Made by a program: the position numbers and the translations under genes. The notes beneath the pieces were generated by a model, which saw only the letters and a program-made list of their open reading frames with translations, searched no databases and had not been told where the DNA came from. Below are positions 57,762 through 64,000 of a DNA stretch of 64,000 bases, piece by piece. This DNA comes from a virus (Duplodnaviria > Caudoviricetes). The DNA lies in the IMG/VR virus record IMGVR_UViG_3300022555_000003, positions 178,081 through 242,080 of that record, one strand, 5' to 3'. Each line of letters starts with the position of its first letter. The stretch's first letter is position 1.

Positions 57762-58991
57762 CTACTTAGTTGATTTCTGTACAGAATCGAAATGATCTCC
57801 ATGTGAACTATTTCTATCACAATTTGGTTTTTGACCACGTAAAATTTTAAATGCTCCGTTTTGTATAAGTCCTTTCTGATTCTTAGCCCATTGTTCCCAC
57901 AGAGATAACTCAACTTCTTTTAAGTCTGGACTTTTACTCAATGGTAGAATACCATTTGATTCATATTCTTTTTCAAAGTGTTCAAACAATGTATAATACA
58001 TTTCGCAGGCTTCAGTTTTATTTCTCCAATCTTGCATTATTCCTGTACCTGGGCATTGAGCTTTACACATACTAAAAAATCTACACCCTTTACATCCATT
58101 GTATTCTTGTGGAGTCAGGTATAGAGCCATTTGACGTTCATACCCATGTTGTTCAGCTTTAATAAAGCTAATGCCTTCTTTTGCATTTCGACCACAACTT
58201 AAACTTTCACCTTGCCCACTAACTCCTCTGACTGCATCAGTTGTATAAGGGTCGCAACTATGAAATGTACAAGTTGTAGAATCATCTTCTCCTAACAACA
58301 TTTGTTTAACATCGCCAAACATATCAAATTTTAAATTTTTTAATTCCTTTTCTAATTCACTAAATTCTAACATTACTTCAGCTACTCGTTTACCTGGCAT
58401 TCCCATCTTATCGCCAACGCTATCATATTCAATCTCTAATGGATGCAATCTACAACTACAGACACCTTTATCATCCATTTCTCTAAACCATTGTTTAAGT
58501 TTAGGTAATTTTTCTGGAGTTGAATTTAACTTATGCAATGTTATAATAAAACTTGGTGGTCGACCTATGCTGCATAATTTTTCAGCAGCTAACATACTCA
58601 TTGCAGTACGTCGATTAGTTTCTTCTATGCTTCCAGCCCATCTACCTAGATTGAGTTCATATGGACCATCTACACTCATGCCAACATGCACATTATACTT
58701 TACAAATAAATCAATATGTTTATCAGTAATTAAAGTACCGTTAGTCTGGATACCATTTGACTTGTATTTTTTGAATCCATATTCAAATAATTTTTCTAAC
58801 GTATCAATATCAGTTAATAATGGCTCACCACCAAATATACTAAATTTCCCACCCTCACGATCTAATCCGGCAATCATCTTTTCTAGATCATAATTTGGCC
58901 TATATCCACCAGCATCCCGCATAGGATGTTCATAACAATATGTACAGGCTAGATTGCATAAAATTCCGACGGGGGTCAGCTCCACACTCAA
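57762..58991 (-). CDS. radical SAM/SPASM-domain protein (peptide-maturase type)
   Basis: CNLACTYC (CxxxCxxC), FGGEPLL, IQTNG, SVDGP, SPASM Cys (CTFHSC, SCG, CKGCRFFSMCKAQCP, CEMY); TTG start with AAGGAG RBS. Confidence 0.92.
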   Translation of the reverse strand: MSVELTPVGILCNLACTYCYEHPMRDAGGYRPNYDLEKMIAGLDREGGKFSIFGGEPLLTDIDTLEKLFEYGFKKYKSNGIQTNGTLITDKHIDLFVKYNVHVGMSVDGPYELNLGRWAGSIEETNRRTAMSMLAAEKLCSIGRPPSFIITLHKLNSTPEKLPKLKQWFREMDDKGVCSCRLHPLEIEYDSVGDKMGMPGKRVAEVMLEFSELEKELKNLKFDMFGDVKQMLLGEDDSTTCTFHSCDPYTTDAVRGVSGQGESLSCGRNAKEGISFIKAEQHGYERQMALYLTPQEYNGCKGCRFFSMCKAQCPGTGIMQDWRNKTEACEMYYTLFEHFEKEYESNGILPLSKSPDLKEVELSLWEQWAKNQKGLIQNGAFKILRGQKPNCDRNSSHGDHFDSVQKSTK

Positions 58992-59009
58992 AATAAATCT
59001 CCTTTTGAC

Positions 59010-59078
59010 TAAATAATAGTGTAGTTCGCGGAATTGATGTTCCCAACTACTCTATTACTAAACAGGAGTAACAGCTCA
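59010..59078 (+). promoter_or_regulatory. late promoter plus conserved two-hairpin leader of HNH gene (copy 3 of 3)
   Basis: TAAATA...GTAGTTcgcGGAAT-tgat-GTTCCcAACTACtctATTACT-aaac-AGGAGTAAcagctcaATG. Confidence 0.7.
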
Positions 59079-60005
59079 ATGATATTTATCAAAGACGAAT
59101 TTTCAACAGAGTATTTTCAAATAATTTCAACTGCTCAATTAAGAGCAAACACCAAAAAATTAGCCCAAAAATTATTTCCATTAACAATAATTGAAAAACA
59201 TCATATTATACCTGATTCTTTTTATATAAATCGTAAGCGAGAAGGAAATGGTGGTTGGTTAAGTGGCAATCCATCTGAAATAAGCAATTTAGTATTTTTG
59301 ACATCCAGAGAACATTATAGATGTCATTGGTTATTATCTTTAATGACATTAGATGATATTACATATCATATTTTAGCAAAAGTAAAAATGGCCAATGCAT
59401 TGAATCGTATGAGTGGCAAAGGAGTTAATTTTACAAGATATGAACTATCAGAATCTGAATATGTTTTTGCTAGGAAAAATCTTAGTAAATTATTATCTAA
59501 ATGTATTGTTTCTGAGGGAAGTATCAAAAAACAACTTGCTACTAAATTAAAAAACGGAACACTAAATTGTAGTAGTACAGAATCTATACAAAAAGGATTA
59601 GATACTAAGACAGTTAATAACACATTACCTAGTAATCCAATAATTAAAGATAAAGCTAAAGCTACTAGACTATCTAGATATGGTACATTAAATACTAGTA
59701 GTCCTGAATCTATTGCTAAAATTCTTTCTACTAAAATATCAAATAATACATTAGCAAGTAATCTATTGATAAAAGCTAAAACTAAAGCTACCAAATTAAA
59801 GAATAATTCTGGACCTAGTGCAGCAGAAACTATCAAAAAACAACAAGAAACTAAACTGAAAAACGGAACCTTACAAAATTCTTTAGAAGTTCAAACAAAA
59901 AGTCGTAATACAAAAGAAGCAAATCATAATAAATTTATTTGTGAAATTTGCAAAAAGAAATATAGTTATGAAAAATCACTTGTTAATCATATTGATCGAC
60001 ATTAA
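59079..60005 (+). mobile_element. free-standing HNH homing endonuclease inserted antisense in the radical SAM operon
   Basis: EKHHIIP...NLVFLTSREHYRCHWLL; K-x-K-x-T-K-L repeats; C-terminal C2H2 finger; start moved to 59079. Confidence 0.82.
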
Positions 60006-60631
60006 AATCTCTCCTGAGAAAACAAGTTACTACCATTATAGTATTGACTTTTTAAACTAAGCATCCAAGATTTATAATAACTTCCACATATCGTTTTTTC
60101 ATCGAATGTACAAACTGTTGGTTTAGCAAGTTCCATTTCTTCGTCGGTTTCAAAAATAGATCTACCTAAAATAGAAGTCCAATCTTGTTCTTCTTTTAAC
60201 TTTTTTCCGTACATAGAACTACCTTCAATATACCAATTAGTTTGTTGTTCAATTTCTTTCCATAGTTCAGGTGTTTGTTGTTGACTAATTAATACATTTT
60301 CGTCTACAAATACAATGTAATCTAAATTTTGAGTTTCTTTTAAATATTGTATAAATGCTGGATTGAAATTTTCATCACTAACAGTTCCTTTGTAATAATT
60401 TTCAATTTCACTTCTGGTATGTTCACATAAAGTTAAATGATGATTGTATTTCTTATTGCACCAATTAAGTTTAAATCGTAAAGATTCTTTATAATACTCA
60501 ACATCAGATTCTTTAAATCCGACATGAAAATTAACTATATGATTTTGAAACTTACTTGCTAAATGCCAAAGTCTAACTAAAGTTGAAACATCTACTTCAC
60601 TTGCTGGTGTAACTAAATTAATTGTTTCCAT
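60002..60631 (-). CDS. hypothetical protein in radical SAM operon
   Basis: AGGA RBS, co-oriented between methyltransferase fusion and rSAM. Confidence 0.7.
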   Translation of the reverse strand: METINLVTPASEVDVSTLVRLWHLASKFQNHIVNFHVGFKESDVEYYKESLRFKLNWCNKKYNHHLTLCEHTRSEIENYYKGTVSDENFNPAFIQYLKETQNLDYIVFVDENVLISQQQTPELWKEIEQQTNWYIEGSSMYGKKLKEEQDWTSILGRSIFETDEEMELAKPTVCTFDEKTICGSYYKSWMLSLKSQYYNGSNLFSQERF

Positions 60632-60637
60632 ATTATC

Positions 60638-62101
60638 CTATAAAATATTAAGAATTTTTTCTGCAGGTTGAATCTTTCCAATGTAGGCTTTTACTTGCTG
60701 ATTACCCGAACTATTAGTTTTAATAAATTGTAAACCTAATTTATTTAAAGTCTGCATAGGTTCGGTTACAATATATTGATTAGAACGAGTAACCCAATCA
60801 CCATAGAAATAAAATAATACCCATTTAGTATTATTACTAATCCATTTCATAAAATTTTCACGTTGTAGTTCATTTGATTCTTGAAGTCTGCCAGGCATTA
60901 CGATAGCTAAATCATACTTACGATTCATCCAATCGCCTGCATTATTAAACATATTATCACAATAAAACTTACCTTCAAGTTGATCAGTAATATTATATTT
61001 AATATTATTAAAATTCTTTGTTGAAAGTTCAACACCAAATAATGTACTGTCTTTTAATATTCGTTGTTGAATGTTCTTGAGTAGCTCTCCGTTGCCACAA
61101 CCAAAATCAATAATATCATAATGTACCACAGGATCTAAAATAGTTGCACACTCCATCAAATGTTTGTGGCTATTAATCATTGACTCAAAAGTTTTAAATC
61201 CGTTATCAATCCATTGATTTTCTAATAGTAATCCTCGTTTGAAACTATTATTTTTAGACACAATGCTAGTTGCTTTATTAATATAAGGAAAACTAACTCC
61301 ACTTGCACCTTCATCTGGATAACTAAATCCTTGCCTGTTTACTACAACTAAATCACCTGTTGCATCAGTTCTAGTACTAATTTTAAGGATAGGAGTTTTA
61401 ATTTCAGCTATGCCATGTAATGCTGACCATTGTATTGGCCAATCAAGTATTTCTTCTAGCCAATCCATTTCTTTCTCGTATCCGTTTTGTCTAGCCCAAT
61501 TAATATTTTGTCTACCAATTTGATAAGTTTCATTACAATCAAAACTACAAGGTAAATGACTTACTGCTCTTACTCCTAGCCATCGATTTAATATATTACA
61601 TTCTTTTGGACCATCAGTCCCAGTTAAACTCATTGGATAAGTCGTATCTATAAATTTTTCTTTAATCCAATATTGTTGAAAAAAAGATTGACAACATTTA
61701 GGAAAGCCTAATAACTCACCCATACGAACATTGTCTCTTTGTTTCCATGCTTGTTTCCATACATCCACCAAGTTATGTTTAGTTATAACTACACGAAGGT
61801 CAAATGGTTGATGTTCCTGATGAACCAACGAACTACTACTATAAAAAGATTGTCTTCCAACTTTTTGTAATACAATTGGAGTAAAATTGGTTCCATCAAG
61901 TTCGCTTTTCAATTTGAATAAGCTATCTGGAGACATAATTGTTAACCAGCTAGGTTTAATTCCAGCAAGTGTAGTTTGTTTTTCAATCTGTACAAATGCT
62001 TGACTAACTTGATTTATTCTTGGTTCCCAAACAGTTTTAGCTACCGTAGTAGTCCATATAATACGCGTCCACTCAGGTAATACAAAATTAAGTCTAATCA
62101 A
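60638..62101 (-). CDS. DUF483-like Cys-motif domain fused to class I SAM methyltransferase
   Basis: GELLGFPKCC, HLPCSFDC in N-terminal part; IIDFGCGNGELL, FGVEL in C-terminal part; TTG start with GGAG RBS. Confidence 0.7.
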   Translation of the reverse strand: MIRLNFVLPEWTRIIWTTTVAKTVWEPRINQVSQAFVQIEKQTTLAGIKPSWLTIMSPDSLFKLKSELDGTNFTPIVLQKVGRQSFYSSSSLVHQEHQPFDLRVVITKHNLVDVWKQAWKQRDNVRMGELLGFPKCCQSFFQQYWIKEKFIDTTYPMSLTGTDGPKECNILNRWLGVRAVSHLPCSFDCNETYQIGRQNINWARQNGYEKEMDWLEEILDWPIQWSALHGIAEIKTPILKISTRTDATGDLVVVNRQGFSYPDEGASGVSFPYINKATSIVSKNNSFKRGLLLENQWIDNGFKTFESMINSHKHLMECATILDPVVHYDIIDFGCGNGELLKNIQQRILKDSTLFGVELSTKNFNNIKYNITDQLEGKFYCDNMFNNAGDWMNRKYDLAIVMPGRLQESNELQRENFMKWISNNTKWVLFYFYGDWVTRSNQYIVTEPMQTLNKLGLQFIKTNSSGNQQVKAYIGKIQPAEKILNIL

Positions 62102-62135
62102 CTGAAACTCCTATTCTCAGTGATATTTATAGTAG

Positions 62136-62825
62136 TTAAGGAACATGTACAACAAATTCAGGCTGATCAGCATGTGCAATAGGACTTATATCAGTATGTG
62201 TAGTTGGAATATCTCCATGATCTGTGTGGCTAGGTATATCTCCATAGGTAGTTGAATCTCCATGATCTGAATAGCCAGTACTATCAGAGTGTGGGTATGA
62301 ATCTACATGATCTAAATAACCATGATCATCTGTGTGATCTGTATGATCAAAACCATCTTGAAAGTCAGCATGATCGGTATAACTACTAAAAAAATCAGAA
62401 TGATCGCTAAAGTCACTATGATCGGTATATGCTGGATGATCTGTATGATCAAAAAAAGTATCGCTATAATCAATATGATCGCTATGATCTGTGTGATCAG
62501 AATGTATATCTGAATAATTAGCAAATGCAACATCTGTATGATAATTAACTTTTTGACTGCTATTTAATGTTTTGAGTCTGCTCGATTCTACCCACAAACT
62601 TCCTGCTTTACCAGTTATAGTTGCATCTACAACAAAATTGAGATATCTCTCATCTCCACTAGCATCAATATAATGTAAGTATCCACTTGCATCAATCCAT
62701 GTAGAACCAAGTTTAGCTGTACTCCGATGAGCCACATAGATTCCAGTATATCTGTATTGATCAGACCCGGCATTTAGAAAATTAATGTATACTCCGTCGA
62801 TCCAACACGATCCTGCTTTTGCCAT
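62136..62825 (-). CDS. protein with GSxW[IV][DE] N-terminal repeats and 28 aromatic-X-Asp motifs; candidate radical SAM substrate/virion appendage
   Basis: 18 HxD, 7 YxD, 3 FxD counted in residues 96-220; late promoter ATAAATA and GGAG RBS. Confidence 0.85.
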   Translation of the reverse strand: MAKAGSCWIDGVYINFLNAGSDQYRYTGIYVAHRSTAKLGSTWIDASGYLHYIDASGDERYLNFVVDATITGKAGSLWVESSRLKTLNSSQKVNYHTDVAFANYSDIHSDHTDHSDHIDYSDTFFDHTDHPAYTDHSDFSDHSDFFSSYTDHADFQDGFDHTDHTDDHGYLDHVDSYPHSDSTGYSDHGDSTTYGDIPSHTDHGDIPTTHTDISPIAHADQPEFVVHVP

Positions 62826-62882
62826 AATATATTTCTCCGTTTACAATTAATTTTGTACTAGGACTTACTACACTACTATTTA

Positions 62883-64000
62883 TTAAGTTGCGTAAAGGTT
62901 TGTTCCAACTGGTAATACCAATCGATAATTTGAACTTCCAGTATATCCAATAACACCGTTTACATCTAACTTAGCTAGTGGATTTGGTGCTCCAATGCCA
63001 ACATTTCCAGAAGCTGTAATTCTTACTCGTTCAGAAGATCCTGCTCCACTGGCATTGTTAAAAATAAAATCTCCAGTTGATACCCCTTCTCTACCTATGT
63101 CCCAATAAAATGCTGCATTATTAATTGCAGAGAATCTCAATGAAGGAGTTGCTGATGATCCAGCTATATCAATTTTATTAGCAGGAGTAGACGTTTCAAT
63201 TCCAAAATTGCCATTTATAACATATGTATTACCTGCTGGTGTTATAGCAAATCTTACTACATTACTAGTAAGATCAAAAATGAAGAAATCATTTAAATCA
63301 TTTTGATATAAACTTCTACCTAATAAATATCCATTGATAGTACTATTAGCAGTATTTGAAAATAACATTGTATTCTGAGAATATCCACCAATGATTAATT
63401 TTAATCCAACAGTAGAACTTGATAAATGTAATTTTGCACTAGGTGAAGAAGTTCCAATACCAATATTTCCAATATTATCAATTATCATTCTTAATGTTAA
63501 TCCAGCTGAATTAGTATTGGATGTCAAAAAGTAAAGTGATGTTGGAACATTTCCAGCTGATACAGAACCAGAAACTACTGGTCTTATGTCAGTAACAGCT
63601 TGATATGCTGATCCGTCATATCCATAAGCAGTTAGTTCTCCTAAGACATTTCCATTTGTAACTGCTAGTGGTGCACCAGCTGAACCATTGGCACGTCTCA
63701 TTGCTATTTCACTATTACCACTAAAATAATTAGAATGGATACCTCCAATTACAGTAAGTGGGGATTCTGGACTAGCAGTCCCAATACCAACATTACCATC
63801 AACTATTAATGTAGTATTTGTTCGTATTGACAAATCATTTTGTATACCAATTGATCCATAATATATACCATCAATTCCAAATTGTATTCCATTACTATTC
63901 CATGCACTAGCACCAAGTCTATTAGTTAAATATTTAAAACCTGCATTGTATACATCACCAGTTACATGTAATTTATATGATGGACTTAAAGTACCAATAC
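62883..64000 (-). CDS. tail fiber-like protein, 5' part outside window
   Basis: Repeated GNVGIGTxSPxxxL[DH]V units; frame stays open to 64000, so the track start at 63833 is not the real start. Confidence 0.8.
   Translation of the reverse strand, partial: IGTLSPSYKLHVTGDVYNAGFKYLTNRLGASAWNSNGIQFGIDGIYYGSIGIQNDLSIRTNTTLIVDGNVGIGTASPESPLTVIGGIHSNYFSGNSEIAMRRANGSAGAPLAVTNGNVLGELTAYGYDGSAYQAVTDIRPVVSGSVSAGNVPTSLYFLTSNTNSAGLTLRMIIDNIGNIGIGTSSPSAKLHLSSSTVGLKLIIGGYSQNTMLFSNTANSTINGYLLGRSLYQNDLNDFFIFDLTSNVVRFAITPAGNTYVINGNFGIETSTPANKIDIAGSSATPSLRFSAINNAAFYWDIGREGVSTGDFIFNNASGAGSSERVRITASGNVGIGAPNPLAKLDVNGVIGYTGSSNYRLVLPVGTNLYAT

Noticed and set aside
62166-62540. CRISPR array or DNA repeat
   Set aside because: Repetition is at the codon level (GATCA/TGATC units) with no constant repeat plus unique spacers
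1-64000. Stop-codon reassignment
   Set aside because: Long genes are intact under code 11, and TAG/TGA/TAA end genes at natural boundaries (e.g. TAG at 43788 and 40766); breaks seen are frameshifts, not in-frame stops

Overview
AT-rich 64-kb segment of a jumbo myovirus (T4-like late promoters ATAAATA, sigma70-type early promoters, spanins indicating a Gram-negative host; the permuted tmRNA suggests an alphaproteobacterial host). Replication genes: TGT/DpdA-like gene (partial), sliding clamp, a PolB split into two genes, and a clamp loader fractured by a split intein with an endonuclease gene between the halves. A ~22-kb late region (5.1-27.6 kb) encodes about 20 proteins that share an N-terminal capsid-targeting-like motif (M-K/R-hydrophobic-x-E-hydrophobic). 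These include a CCA-adding enzyme, Nudix, GNAT, a ligase-like/HIGH-nucleotidyltransferase pair and a 13-copy tandem family of putative R-S/T-E ADP-ribosyltransferases, with a Dps gene embedded among them. Also present: a glycan operon, ClpA/DnaJ/GroES, a lysis cassette with a lipase, PhoH, baseplate/fiber genes, Acb1, IF1, pentapeptide-repeat genes, an RNA ligase and a two-piece tmRNA. At the right end is a candidate RiPP-like operon: a fiber-adjacent protein with 28 aromatic-X-Asp motifs, a DUF483-like/methyltransferase fusion, an unknown protein and a radical SAM/SPASM enzyme. All calls come from motifs read by eye; no database searches were run.
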